Assembly (NCBI GenBank): GCA_030141605.1
Contig: JAQGDQ010000118.1
Span: forward strand, 434,001 to 498,000
From: Tubiluchus corallicola
Lineage: Eukaryota; Animalia; Priapulida
Direction: 5' to 3'
DNA length: 64,000 nt
Shown piece after piece: positions 1-12,480 of this stretch; position 1 is the first letter of the stretch; every line of letters begins with the position of its first letter. Position numbers and translations under genes: made by a program. The notes under the pieces were generated by a model. That model was not told where the DNA came from. It searched no databases and worked only from the letters and a program-made list of their open reading frames with translations.

Positions 1-26
1 TTTAACAAGTCACTTGTTTTCTTCAG

Positions 27-181
27 GAACTAAATAACAAAAACTGTTTGCCAGTTGTAGATGTTGTAGTCGATCCCTATTTATCCTGTCACTTGCGGCC
101 ACACCAAAAAGAAGGCGTAACTTTTCTTTACGAGTGTGTGACTGGAATGCGCGATTATACTGGCTGTGGTGCCATATTAGC
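27..181 (+). CDS. RAD54B: RAD54B-like SNF2 ATPase, internal coding exon (gene starts upstream of window)
   Basis: cttcag acceptor, gtaagt donor at 182; translates [52 protein letters not shown] (Q-motif LRPHQKEG of the RAD54 family). Confidence 0.9.
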
Positions 182-437
182 GTAAGTACATGAAGACTGT
201 CTGTTGACTATTTCGGAAAACTAGACTGTAGAGTTTGTGCTTTTGAAATGTTGCATTAGTCTTCTGTTAGCTAGCACCTGTGTTCCACAATTCCTGTTGT
301 GCTTGTGTTTTACATACATAAAACGTAAAAGTCATATCACATGTGATAATATTTGATTAAATGAATCGTGCACAATTGTTACGCTGAAAATTTACTTTTT
401 TTATATGTTATCATTATTAATTATTCTTTGTTCACAG

Positions 438-567
438 TGATGCCATGGGTTTAGGAAAAACTCTACAGTGTATTACTCTAATTTGGACATTGTTTAAACA
501 AGGACCCTATAATGGCAAACCACTATTGAGAAGAATACTAATAGTTACTCCTAGTAGTCTAGTCAAG
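438..567 (+). CDS. RAD54B: RAD54B-like exon, Walker A/motif I and Ia
   Basis: tcacag acceptor, gtaagt donor, phase matches previous exon; [43 protein letters not shown]; QGPYxGKP is RAD54B-like. Confidence 0.92.
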
Positions 568-625
568 GTAAGTTGAGCAACAATTTTCTATTCCTCTGGT
601 AACTATATAATAATATATTATAGGG

Positions 626-1635
626 TAGTAGTGGAACCGTTTAATCAATTGTAATCGATTTGGGCATTTATTCTTGATCTCTGATTATTTTTTCAAATGT
701 CGTTAGAAATCAATTGCATTACCAATGCCATTAGCACTTATTTTTCTCAAAAAGTGCATGGTAAACCGTCATTGTGGTGAAACCAGTATAGTATGGTACT
801 ATGTTTGCGCAGTAACTTGTCGCCATGGCACCATGTGCTGCCTCACTGTGTACCACCTTACGATGTATCACCTTCTGGTACATCACGTGCTGCTACATGG
901 AATGAGAAAACATGGTGTGACAGTACACAGAGAGGGGTACAAAGTGAGAGCCGAACCATCAAGTTGAGGTTGGTCGGTATTTGAACACGGAGGTGATACC
1001 CGGGGATGTCGAGCAAGAGCGAATGTCTCGCGTAGTAAGTGATTTCAAAGATGGAACATTGTCCAAATTCATGTAATGCATTGAATGCGCAATCGATTTA
1101 TAAGGTGCTGCTGCAGGTGCACTACGAACTCCATAAAATTTGTGAATATTATGCGCTTGCTCCATCTTACATTTAAACGCATACTTCTACACACTGTAAC
1201 ACTTCAAATAATAATACAGTAACTTGACTTTCTTCTGAAGTGGCTTGTATTAGATGAATAAGTGTTAGTCGTGAACCTTTCACTAAAACTTTTACGATTT
1301 TCGACATTGCAACCCGTAAACAAAAGCTCTAAACATCCGTCAGGCCGACCATCTCACCGACAATGTACATGCACAGTGAAAACTGCTAGCTACTTTCTTC
1401 AGCAAATGTGTGGACCTCTCGCATTGCTAGCACTGTCCATATCAGGTGTTCAACTAGCATAGCAGTATTACATCTCAGCTTGTATAGGGACTAGATGATT
1501 CATTAATTTGTTGTTTTTTGCATGTAGATAGACAGCTCTGCCTCATAAGGCCTATCAACCTATTATAATCGATTATGAAATTGATTTTGCATCCGATTAA
1601 TCGATTAAGAGAATGAAACTAATATCCCACCACTA
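626..1635. mobile_element. Decayed non-autonomous hAT-like element
   Basis: Termini tagtagtggaa / tcccaccacta, subterminal aatcgatt motifs at both ends, flanks ttataggg / atacaggg (6/8). Confidence 0.45.
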
Positions 1636-2547
1636 ATACAGGGTATATGAATTATCATGTTATATATTTTTCCACCCGCCAATTGTCATTATTTTATAAA
1701 ACTCATGGAAACTACTGCTATTAAAACTATTTTTGAGACTTTGGCAATACAACAAGGTAGTTAGATTTCCTGGGAAAAGGCACTGCAAAAAATGTAACGA
1801 AATGAGTAAAGTGTTATATTGTGCTTTCAATGCATTAATAAATTCCAACCACAAGAACCAATACCTCAATCTTTAGTGTTTTGTTTCTGCTGCAAGTGCT
1901 TGAACCACCCGATGGAAATAATTTATTAACATCCTTTGCTACTGGCACAGCGAGTGAATTCATCTACTAGGCTAGTCTCTTCAAATTACCAGTGTTTGTG
2001 CTAGAATGGAAATCCTAACGTCTTGCAGTAATATCCAGATATTCAATCCTAACCTAACCATGGATGCACAGAGAGAGAAGGTATGACTTTCTTTCTAACT
2101 CAATAAGAATGACAACTTGAAAGAGGCTGGCCTCATAGACGAATTCACTTACAATTTCAATATTAGTAGATTGCTTCCTTCGTAGTTGCAACGTTTGCTG
2201 CAGAAATGAAACACTAAATATTGAGAAAATGTATATGACTAGAATTTGTCATATGTGACAGGATGACTAGAACAATATAGCAGTTTTTGAAGATGCAGTT
2301 ACTAGTGTGCTCAACTGCTGCCAATACTGGTGGCTAGTGCATTCTAAACGCCATGCAGTAATATTCAGATATTCAAAAACATACATTCTACAGTTTTATA
2401 AAAAACTGATCAGTAACTTTTATGAATTGCTAATAATGATTTTTTACTGCATATCTGCTTTTCGTCTGCTTTACGTCAAGCCAGGTTAGTCATAACTACA
2501 AATGTTTTTAAATGCAACTGGACTTATTAATTACTATTTTTTTGCAG

Positions 2548-2628
2548 AATTGGTGCAACGAATTTCGGAAGTGGCTTGGCAATGAAAGAATAAGAGTTTA
2601 CCCAGTCACACAAGACCACAGGCCTGAA
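2548..2628 (+). CDS. RAD54B: RAD54B-like exon
   Basis: tttgcag acceptor, gtaaat donor, phase 0; NWCNEFRKWLGNERIRVYPVTQDHRPE. Confidence 0.9.
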
Positions 2629-3289
2629 GTAAATGGTCATTCTAGCATCTAGTGATTCATTTTGTGTTTGTAGTCTGTTTTTTTACTTTTCTGGCATGTT
2701 TTTTCTTGTCTTGGTAACTAGTTTTCTATAATCCTTTATTTATATTTATTTTTTCAAGTGAAAATAGGCCACAGTGGTGCACAGTTTTTTTATTTCTTTT
2801 TTGGGATTTTCGGTTCGTTGTTCTTTATTCTATACAAATTGCCTCAGTCAAGTCCAAAGCCATTCTGGGTAACAGGCTTCAATAATAAGGTGAAAATATG
2901 AGTACCCACCCAGAAAAATAGATTTTATATAACTAATTTGCTAACCATAGAAGGTATCTGTTGATATTCTTTTTAAATCGAGTGAGATTGTAGTTTTCAT
3001 GCAAACAATTTTCTGGTAGAGAATTTGAAGATAAGAAGCCTGAGGGAAAAAAGATAGAAAAAACCTGAGGGAGAGTTCCACAAACTGTCACCTCAAGAAA
3101 GGTGTTTGAGAGCATCTTCTATAACAGTAATAATAGAAAAGGTTTAACGTAGCAAATGACCTTTGATGAGCAAGGCACTCGAATCACCCCAGATGAAACC
3201 ATCCAAAGTGATAATAATGCCTTAATTATTGTTATTAGGAATCACTTTATGTTAAACAAATTATAAGAACCATTTTTATTACTGTCCAT

Positions 3290-3416
3290 TAGTGGCATGT
3301 CTAGGGTATGGCAGGTGCCCTGGGCACCACTCGAAGGGGGTGGCCACTCAGCAGTTTCTAAAAAAAATGAATTCCAGTGCTTTCTGTAGGCGTTATTTTT
3401 CCTAGATGCGCCCCTG
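3290..3416. mobile_element. Short MITE with 8-bp target duplication
   Basis: Termini tagtggcatgtctagg / cctagatgcgcccctg; flanks ctgtccat / ctgcccat (7/8). Confidence 0.55.
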
Positions 3417-4366
3417 CTGCCCATTCAGTAATGTGTTACTTTTAGTGGCAGTGTTTGAGAAGAAAACAATTTTAGCATTGATACAGTCAAACGTATGACA
3501 GCTTTTGTTGATTAGCCACTTTCAGTTTTAAATTGGTGTATTTTTAAGAGGAGCTTTTGAAGTCAAACTAAACCCTCATTTGTAATATAAGCTTTGCAAT
3601 TTAAAATCCTACTCTCGTTACGAATATTTAATTTATTTTATTATCACTTTGCTTTTACTTATCACTTTGTTGTTAATGGTATTAAATTCGAAGAACCCCA
3701 TTTTTCACTGCGTGAGACAAATGCTGTTCACACGAGGTCACCAATGATCGGTAACCAAAGACAGTTAGTTATTGCTCTTACAGAACTGTTACAGCAGACA
3801 ATAACTTTAGAATATTATCCTTTTACTCATTTTATATCTCACCTTCTGGTAATATGTCACAAGTAGTTTTGTTCTTCTGTCTCTGTTTTGTTTATCCATC
3901 TAAATTTTGTTTGCAACGTATCTGATATTCCTCGTAGTCCTATTTTTCTCGGTGGCACTTTAATGTTTTTTAATACAACACAGTACTTATTTTTTAACAC
4001 CGTAAATAATAAATTATAAAACCCAAAAAATTAATATTTATTGATTTGTGTGCATTTCCTCTTTTTCTTTCCACTTGAACAGCTGCACTGGCTGAGATGT
4101 TGGATCTTTCAAACGTCTTTATTGTGAAATTTTTCATGAAATAAAGTACAAAATGTATCGTTACTGAATATAATTATTGCCAAAGTTCCCAGGAACATTA
4201 TGCCACAACATAAACGTACCTATTTACAATTACCTTCCTGCAATTAAATATGAAAAGCACATAGAAGTTGAACATGAAATTATATTATTGTGTAACTATC
4301 AACACATTAGGGAGGATACTGCATATTAATTGATATCACAAAATGCATTTGGAATTTGCATAGAAA

Positions 4367-5293
4367 TTAACAATGTTCATCTGGTTTCACAAAAATTATA
4401 CTGTTCGCAATACGAGACATTAGTGCACCTAATTGGTCCTTGCCCAGCTCACTCCATTGTTCAGACAAATAATCTTCAACTAGTCCGTCAGTTTCTGCAT
4501 TTCCACTGGAATATGAACTAGGAATGTCAACTGTTAAGATATAGACATAATCTTTACGAGGTGCTGTCTCAGTGTCACAGTAACCGTATAGTAATAATGA
4601 CGACGTTGGCGGAAGGCTGTCTATCTTTTCAATAACTACAACTTGGTTATCACCTGTAAATGCTTTTTGAAGTTTGTCATCTAATGCCTTTTTTGTTTCA
4701 TCCGCATCCCGATAAGTGAACTGTTCAGAATTTATCCTGATCGGGACGTTATTGTTGTTGATAGTTTTTGCTAGTTTATGTATAATACAATTTGTGGTAC
4801 GTGCTGCGCCATCTACAGATGCAAATAATAACACACCAGGACGCTTTGGATTAGACACAAATAAAGAAGATTTTACTGCAGTTCTGATAATGGTCCAGCT
4901 TCGTCTTGATTGATTCGTGTACTTGTTTTCTATGTTTTTTAAATCACTGGTGAACTTCTCAACAGCTGATGATAAATTCGCTGTGCCTTCCTTCGAACTG
5001 GATGCAAAGAAACAAACAGCAAGTATAATCAGTATTGACAAAATGAGAAAGAAGATTTTTGTTGACAAAATGAGAAAGAAGTTTTTTGTCCAATAGTTCT
5101 TGTCACTTTCAGATTTTGCTCTTCCTTTTCTTGTAGTCAACTGCACCAAGCTCTTGGCAGGCTCTTCTTGTTCATCTGTGTCATCTGTACTGCTACTGTT
5201 GGTATCACAGCGGCTTGATGATTTATCATTTTTGCTTTTACGTCTCAGTCTTGGAGACTTTGGAGGGGATCTTCTTATTGGCGGTCGGTTCAT
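4367..5293 (-). CDS. TOR1AIP1: Torsin-1A-interacting protein (LAP1/LULL1-like), 308 aa, single coding exon
   Basis: Basic/Ser-rich N-terminus, one TM segment, luminal AAA+-like LAP1C region with YGYCDTETAP and LMSRIA (arginine-finger position) and terminal Cys. Minus-strand acceptor ttttccag 39 nt upstream of ATG (exon starts 5332). Cannot distinguish AIP1 from AIP2 orthology. Confidence 0.85.
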   Translation of the reverse strand: MNRPPIRRSPPKSPRLRRKSKNDKSSSRCDTNSSSTDDTDEQEEPAKSLVQLTTRKGRAKSESDKNYWTKNFFLILSTKIFFLILSILIILAVCFFASSSKEGTANLSSAVEKFTSDLKNIENKYTNQSRRSWTIIRTAVKSSLFVSNPKRPGVLLFASVDGAARTTNCIIHKLAKTINNNNVPIRINSEQFTYRDADETKKALDDKLQKAFTGDNQVVVIEKIDSLPPTSSLLLYGYCDTETAPRKDYVYILTVDIPSSYSSGNAETDGLVEDYLSEQWSELGKDQLGALMSRIANSIIFVKPDEHC

Positions 5294-6222
5294 TATTTTG
5301 TTGTAGAATCAGTACTACACAGCCTGTTTGATCTGGAAAATATGTAAAAAACTTAAAGCTAGAGTATACGGAAGAAATGCCAGCAGGTTAAATGCACAAA
5401 GCCACAAATATACACATACAACATGAGTGTAAACAAAGGCATAGAATTTCCCCAATTATCATCCAACGTATTCATGTGTCTGTCTTTGTACATACACTTC
5501 AGACAGCTAGCAAGAGAAAAAGAGAGTTTTCAAACTCCACTCACGCGTTCTAGAACCAATGTTCCCTCTCCCTCTAAGCTGTATGCAAACTCGCACACGA
5601 AGAAAATTAAATGCACATAAAAGCACACACAGCTACAAAATACAGAACAAAAAGTAGCTCAAACTTCAATCTACAGGAAAATATCTTAACTGAATGCATA
5701 ACTTCATAAATGTTTCTACTATAATACAACGTAATGTTTGTATTATATTAAATTTAAGAGAACTTATAATACTTAAGATATAATTATAAGAGAACACCTG
5801 TGGCAAAACTGAGGTGAGAAAAATGGGCAGGTTTAATTAATAATATAACTATCTAGGTTCCTCATTCAATGTGCGCAGTTTAGCTTAGTTTACATAATGA
5901 GAGCAATTTAGATTTCAGACTCGCCAATAAGCAAATGCCTGGTCTAAAGGTTGCTATTAAACTTTCAGTAAAGATACATTAGTTCTGAATTACGAAGCAC
6001 ACATGGCACTGAATTCAACTGCTGTTTTGGTTGCTAAGAAGCTATGAAAAAAATGTTGCCAGTGATGTTAGCAAAGTTTTTTATGAATGCCTTTCTGATT
6101 TCTGTGGAGCCATTTCTAAGCTCCTAAATTTTTTTTGACTACTTCTCACATAAACACAGAACAAATATAAAACTTGCAGCACATTTAAGTACAGAAACTA
6201 TAAAATTCTTTTAGTTCTGTTA

Positions 6223-6399
6223 CAGTAAAAAGTTGCACGTTTCGGACAGCAAAAATTAGAGTTATAGCGTGTTTGGCATTATAATGAGGTGCATTAATAC
6301 ATACATGTCTATGCAAATATGGACGTTTTGTTTTGCTAAAAATTTGGGTGGTAAGCGAAGGTTGGTGCTGCAAAAGGGGCACTATAATGCAGTTGACTG
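6223..6399. mobile_element. Decayed pogo/Tigger-like MITE (related to 39616-39828)
   Basis: ta-cagt...gactg-ta ends; shares ttggcattataa..ggtgcattaatacataca..tatgcaaata..ttttgttttgctaa with the 39.6 kb copy. Confidence 0.5.
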
Positions 6400-6990
6400 T
6401 ATGGTTTAATATTCAGTATTAAATTATTATGGTTTATACACTTTGTAAATGCAAATAAATGACTTTGCCTGCTACGATACATCAACTGACACGGCCTTTA
6501 AAGTTCACTTTTAAGGTACCTGTTTAAATCCACAAATGTGTGTTGTAAAAATCACAGCAACGCTTGAAAGAAATGAAAAATGAACATTATGGCCACCTTG
6601 TACATCCTGGGTAACGAGGTTAAAGGTTAATTACAGTAGGTGGGCGGGTCACAGCATAAACCACTCGACAAGCATATTAGCGTTATGACAAATATTCTTG
6701 TTTACAAAACAAAACGGCACTTAACATCATTGATTCTACATAAAAGTCATAAAAGCCTATTGGTCACACACAAGTATCTCACTTTAAGCACGTGAAGGAA
6801 AAATATTGAGTCAATTATGAGGAGTTATTTGAGTCTTTTATCAGCAGTTTTTATATACGTATGAATAGAAGCGCCCCGTACCAGGTGGTTTTGAGTCAGT
6901 TAGGTGACTGGTTCTATTAACAGTGAGTCTAATAAACAGCACCTACTGTATATGTATTCTCAGCCATTGAACTTATTTTTTGAATTTCAG

Positions 6991-7140
6991 GAGTTTGCTC
7001 GCTCTCCGATATATCCGGTATTAGTGATATCGTACGAAATGTTTGCTAAATGTTTCAACGACATAAAAAAAGTGAAGTTTGACATAGTCATCTGTGATGA
7101 AGGCCACCGGTTAAAAAATACAAACATTAAAATAACCAGT
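6991..7140 (+). CDS. RAD54B: RAD54B-like exon, Walker B (DEGH)
   Basis: tttcag acceptor, gtaagt donor; EFARSPIYPVLVISYEMF...FDIVICDEGHRLKNTNIKITS. Confidence 0.92.
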
Positions 7141-7160
7141 GTAAGTATCATACTGTACCT

Positions 7161-8082
7161 CAGTGGCATAGCTAGGGGGTGGATCGGGCGGTCTGCCCCA
7201 GGCCGCAATTTTCAGAGGGCGGCATTTTGATTATGTCAGAATAGTAGAAAAGAAAAACACATGCAATTTAATTCTCCACAAAAATGCTGTTTGATGGGCT
7301 GCGAAGATGATAATTAGGAATTTAATCATCTTTGCAACATAGTTTGTCTTGTATCTGCAAGCTTATTACACATTATTTACATAAAATTTTGCGTGCCTTT
7401 GAACGACATATTTGTCACTGGCGTCTTTGTCTATAACACTGATGTCATTGCAAATATATTGTCATTATTTGCACAATACTAATTGTGATTCAGTGGCTTC
7501 TTGACTTACCAACATAGTTTAAGAGTATTTGTGGTGGAGTATATATCTCCACCAGAATGTAAAATAAAATATCTTCATTTGGCATAATTACTTGTGGATC
7601 TATTATCTAATTTACGACACTATTCTCGACACCATTATCTTTGGAATATTTTGACGACAGTAAACTGTAACTTTACTTCATTCAACTATTATAATGTTCA
7701 AAGTTCTCCGTTAAACAACGATGTCTTAGAAGTCACTCCAAAATGGGCGTCAACTATCATTGTAATGCTGATTTCTGCATTAACATTTGTGTAAAAGCCT
7801 TCAAGCATCATTACTTTGAGTTTTGAAACAAAATTGGGTGAATTTGAGCCAACCGACTCTGTCCCTATAACTTTGTAAAGTAAATTATAAGGTAAATTTT
7901 TTTCTCTGTAAACCGATTTTTTTCTCTTTTTCTGTAATACTTCATTATTTATCAATTTATGTCCGCATATTATCGCAACTGTGAGGTAACACTGCTGAAT
8001 TTTACAAAACTATAACATTTTCATGGGGGAGGGGTAATTTTAAGTGTCACCCAAGGTGCCACAAGCTCTAGCTATGCCACAG
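7161..8082. mobile_element. Non-autonomous TIR DNA transposon
   Basis: TIR cagtggcatagctag / ctagctatgccacag; flanks ctgtacct / ctgcaccg (6/8). Confidence 0.65.
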
Positions 8083-8147
8083 CTGCACCGCTGCCACTTT
8101 TAAATGGTTATTATTATTTATAAACTGTCCTTATCTGTGTGTATATT

Positions 8148-8215
8148 ACCACAAGATCTGGGTTCGAATCCTGGTTCAGTTAATTTACTCAGTGTCTTTA
8201 AACCCATCCTCTTTT
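8148..8215 (+). mobile_element. Possible tRNA-derived SINE head fragment
   Basis: Perfect Pol III B box ggttcgaatcc in T-arm context (ctgggttcgaatcctgg); no full cloverleaf. Confidence 0.35.
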
Positions 8216-8539
8216 TGAATTTAACTGTTGATAAAAAGATTTAATTTCAAAGGTTAATATGTCCTCTTTTGTTTCTTATTCCACGACGTTCTGAGCATAA
8301 AGTCCTGAACATTCATGGAAATTCCATAACTACAGCATTTCATGCTCAGTATTCATGATATCTAACTTGGTTAGTGAAGGATCTATTCTTATACATTCTA
8401 AAAAGAATATTTATTGCACCAGATATGGTAATTTAAAATGCACACAATATAAAACTGCATAAGTTAGTCTAAAATAGTTTAACTAACTCCTATACATTAA
8501 AAGAAAATTGTTTAAAAATCTAATTGGTAAGAATAACAG

Positions 8540-9090
8540 GCCTAGAATTTATTAGCTGCGTACCCACTGGTATAAGGAAATAGTATTTGCTGTACATGCC
8601 AAGAGATGATATCTACCAACTTTTGAGATACGAAGCTTAGACATGCAGGTTTGTTTTTGATCAAAGCACTGGTTTGGGGCAGATTTTTTGGTGGAATCCA
8701 TGAATTGCATGTCTTATCAGGGCAAGTCGGTTCTGCGTCTTGGGTTCTTACCATTCATTCTGTGTCACTGTTGGTGTATTGTAGAATGCAGCTCTATTGA
8801 ATTTACCTTATCTTGGACATTTTCTAAATATTTGCAGAATTCTCAAGTCTGGGATAAGTATTTACAAATTTCAATGCTGTATTACCTAGCAAGAAAGTTA
8901 CCTAGCAGACCCAAAACACTTCAAAAACCTTCCTTTAATCGAGTCCAGTTTAAAAAAATTGCAGATGACATGTCATCCCAAAGACTCTCAATGCCATATG
9001 TTACAATAGGCAACATTTTAATATTGAACAGACATAGTACGGTTTCTTATACATTCTTATATGGTGTTTATAAATTCTGTACATAAGTCT
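8540..9090 (-). mobile_element. Decayed non-LTR retrotransposon RT C-terminal fragment
   Basis: Minus strand reads ETVLCLFNIKMLPIVTYGIESLW, then after a frameshift LDSIKGRFLKCFG, the typical RT-thumb PILxYGxExW...FLK pattern; boundaries approximate. Confidence 0.5.
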
Positions 9091-9455
9091 GGCCTCCTCT
9101 TTTCCATTATCTAACTAAAGTTGTCTAACTATCTGACCTAACCACATTATCAGATATTCTGTAATCACAAAAATTATCAATAGTGCATTTAATAATGGCT
9201 ACCTAACTTACCCAATTTATGATTGTGGGCAATATTAGGGAGTTACTTAAATTTTAGATTAAATGTATTCACACTCATTCTGAAAGCCTTCTGTTGTAAC
9301 TACTTTACTGTACTCATTTGTAGGTAACTCATACCATTGTTGGTAATATCGTTTGGTCTTTTTAACATACATGTGTCTAGAACATACACCTCAAATGATT
9401 AAATCTAGATTTAGTTCTTACTTTATAATTAATGTTTGTTTTGATTTTGTTATAG

Positions 9456-9567
9456 TTGATAAAATCTCTGAATATTTTCCGACGGATTGTGCTAACTGGA
9501 ACGCCAATACAGAATGATCTTCAAGAATTCTATTCACTTTGTGACTTCTGTAATCCTGGAGTTTTAG
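9456..9567 (+). CDS. RAD54B: RAD54B-like exon, motif III; last host exon recognised in window
   Basis: ttatag acceptor, G|gtatga donor (phase 1); [37 protein letters not shown]. Confidence 0.92.
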
Positions 9568-12029
9568 GTATGAATGATAGTTATAAAGTTACGATTTATA
9601 ATCTTTGCAAAAGAGATAAAGTAAAAAACAATAAAGAAGTAATGAAATGTTTTTCAGTAATTATGTAGTTATTTAAACGGAACAATAATTTAAAATGTCT
9701 GTGCAACTGTTGGTGATCTAACTTTTTTGATGTGTTTGGCTGTACTTAACACATCTAATAAAGATGATAGATTATTATCTTTATCATTTTAATGAGGACT
9801 ATCTGACTCGGTGGTACATTCTTTATGTTATTATATTAAATTCATCCAAATCTATAAAATTTTCCACAGTCTGAATGTCTAAATGACATCTGTGTTTACC
9901 TCTTTATATCAAAATACAATTATAAGTGCCTTGTAACAGATTTATGTTGTGGGATGCACAATATAGTGCTAGATGAAAAAACCACACAAGCACATTTAAA
10001 TAACTGTCTGTCACAGCCTTCTAAATCATTTCGTTGAAACTGATCCTAATGTGAATGTTTTCTAACTCTAAAATTCTGCTACTGTAGCTATAGTATCAGT
10101 ATTACCATATACATGCATAGAATCTCAGTAAGTAATCGTAGCTAAGAAAGTTTTCAGGTAAGAAAGTTTATTTTAACACCTAATCACATTTTGCTTTAAA
10201 CTAAACAGATTTTAAACTTGGCCGATACAGTGGACCTAAGTATGAACAACCATAAGTTCCTAACCCTAATTAAAAGATATTCAATCGTTATAGCTGGTCC
10301 ACTGTCTTTTAATAAATTCACCTCTAGTGTCAATACTGTTAGTCTTGCAGTACATCCAAAAGCTTTACTAAAGTATGAACCCACCTCAGTAACAAATCAT
10401 TTAGAATGTGAAGTAGGTGTCTGAAGTAGCTGCAGCCAGGAACCAATTTCTAAATTTATTACATCATTTATGTGCAAATTAATTTTTATCAACTTTCAAC
10501 TTTACAAAATTTGTATAGAAAGCAGACCAAATTTCCCATCAGTGGGTTAAGCTTCAATGCAAATACACTTTTGTAGGCTTTAGCTATTTGCCGAAAGCTG
10601 ATGAAATATTAAAGTTGGCACTTCCAAACTTATTGGCGCTGCGTATTAGTGCTAGCAGAACATAAAAAATAACAGCAGTAACAATAAAAATGTTTCTAAT
10701 CATGTACTGTACTACCACAAGTTACATTTGTTTTTTGTTAAATAAAAATAATGAATCGTCTGTACTTCATATGTCACACAATTACCAATCAGACACTATG
10801 AAGAAAAATACACTCAAATAACTTTGTCCTGCTTTATACATGCCTCAGACAGAATTATAAATAAAACAATGGCTATTCTGTCACTAAGGGTGTAAAACAA
10901 TTGGAAAACTAATCAATACAATAAAAATGCTACAGGGTATTTATGCATATGATAAATATAAATTGTCTTGTTTCCCCAGAGGATTTGCATGTCATAATTC
11001 GCTGATACTACCCTTTTAATGAAATGACAAAGAAATATTTCAGAAAAATTGCCTTAAAAATTATATTACTTTACATATATCGTACTCACATTAAAAGCAA
11101 CTTTTGTTTGTTTTCATTTTAAATCTCTGGCAATACTATTCTGAAGTCACCATTACATAATGTCACATACACAAACGTAAATCAAGGGAAGAAAAGGCAA
11201 TTATGTCAAATTATGTCACAATAAACTTTCCATGCTAATCTATATTACTTAGCATTTCACTTACCTGCTGGAAAGACTTATGTAACTAGAAATAATAATT
11301 TAAAATGTTCGTGCCAATTGGTAAATGTCACTGACTCACCCTCCAGGAAATTAACCAGTTAATTTTTTTCAACAACACTTGGTATCCTTACAAAGAGACA
11401 TTCTTCACTTTCTATGTATAAAAGTTTCACTCTTGTTTGAATATATTCCTCTAAAGTTTCACTTGATATGTTTGCATTGTAAATTTCTTGTTTATTTGTT
11501 TTTCTAATGATCTAGTCAGCAAATTACAGAGGGCCTTCGATGTTGCCTAAATCTGATTAATCGGTTACTTGATTAACCGATAAAAAATTAATCGGTTAAG
11601 TGAATCCGTAACCGATCACAGCCCTGCCTTGCAGTCTACGGTTGTAATGCTAAACTAGTTGAATGTGCGCATCTTGATTATATGAAAAGGGGAATCCCCA
11701 CTGCACTCGAGGAAGATGAATGTGGGTGACTGTGAGTGAAACTGTCTGTCCATTCACTGCAATTAAAATTGTTACTTTTTTGGGTGAATCCATGAACACC
11801 CTATGCGGGGTAAAAGAAAGAAATTTTCATCTTCGTTCAATCTGTAGTGTATGTAACGCAAGTAAATTTGTGTCGCAGCAGCAAAATCGAATATTCTTTT
11901 CACTTCATTTGACACTTAAAATCAACGTGGAAATTAAAAAGATCTCAAAATTTGGTGGAATCACTCGCTAGCTGGGTTAATGATTGGTGTTCAATGATTT
12001 TCATCACGTAGTGCCATAGTTATTGTACC

Positions 12030-12480
12030 ACCTTATACAGCTGCAAAACCAATACTTGAATATGCATGCACTGTTTGTTAAAAAACATTGCATGTTGTTT
12101 GTTAACACAGTATGTTACTCTTAAAAATGCTTTAGAAAGAACTCAATGGAGGTGTATTAGTCTGGTCTCTGATATTCAACCTAACTCTTTACCTTCTCTT
12201 GAACAATGCCATGATACTACAGATCTTATTAACTGTTACAAAGTTATCAGTGATATTTTTGTTCTATTAGTTCTATTTTGCGATGCGACAATTTTTTTAG
12301 ACTACCACGAGATTTACGTGTACACAATTCTAAATTATTTGTTCAATATTCTCGCACTAATATCAGAGCCCATTTCTTCTCTTCTCGTGTTGTGGGCCCC
12401 TGGAATTCACTCAATAGCGAAATCAGTTGATGCATCAAATCTGCCGCAATTTTGCAAATTGTTGAGGACAGACCGTCAAT
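12030..12480 (+). mobile_element. Decayed CR1-like LINE ORF2 3' fragment
   Basis: Broken frames give KPILEYACTV, NALERTQWRC, LPSLEQ..DLINCYKVI, HFFSSRVVGPWNSL. Confidence 0.7.

Noticed and set aside
438-465. Motif I reads ADAMGLGKT rather than ADEMGLGKT
   Set aside because: This position varies among SNF2 proteins; catalytic GKT and DEGH are intact, so no evidence of inactivation.
10196-10440. Exon-like stretch after a cag acceptor as the next RAD54B exon
   Set aside because: Frames I checked show no similarity to the expected RAD54B continuation.
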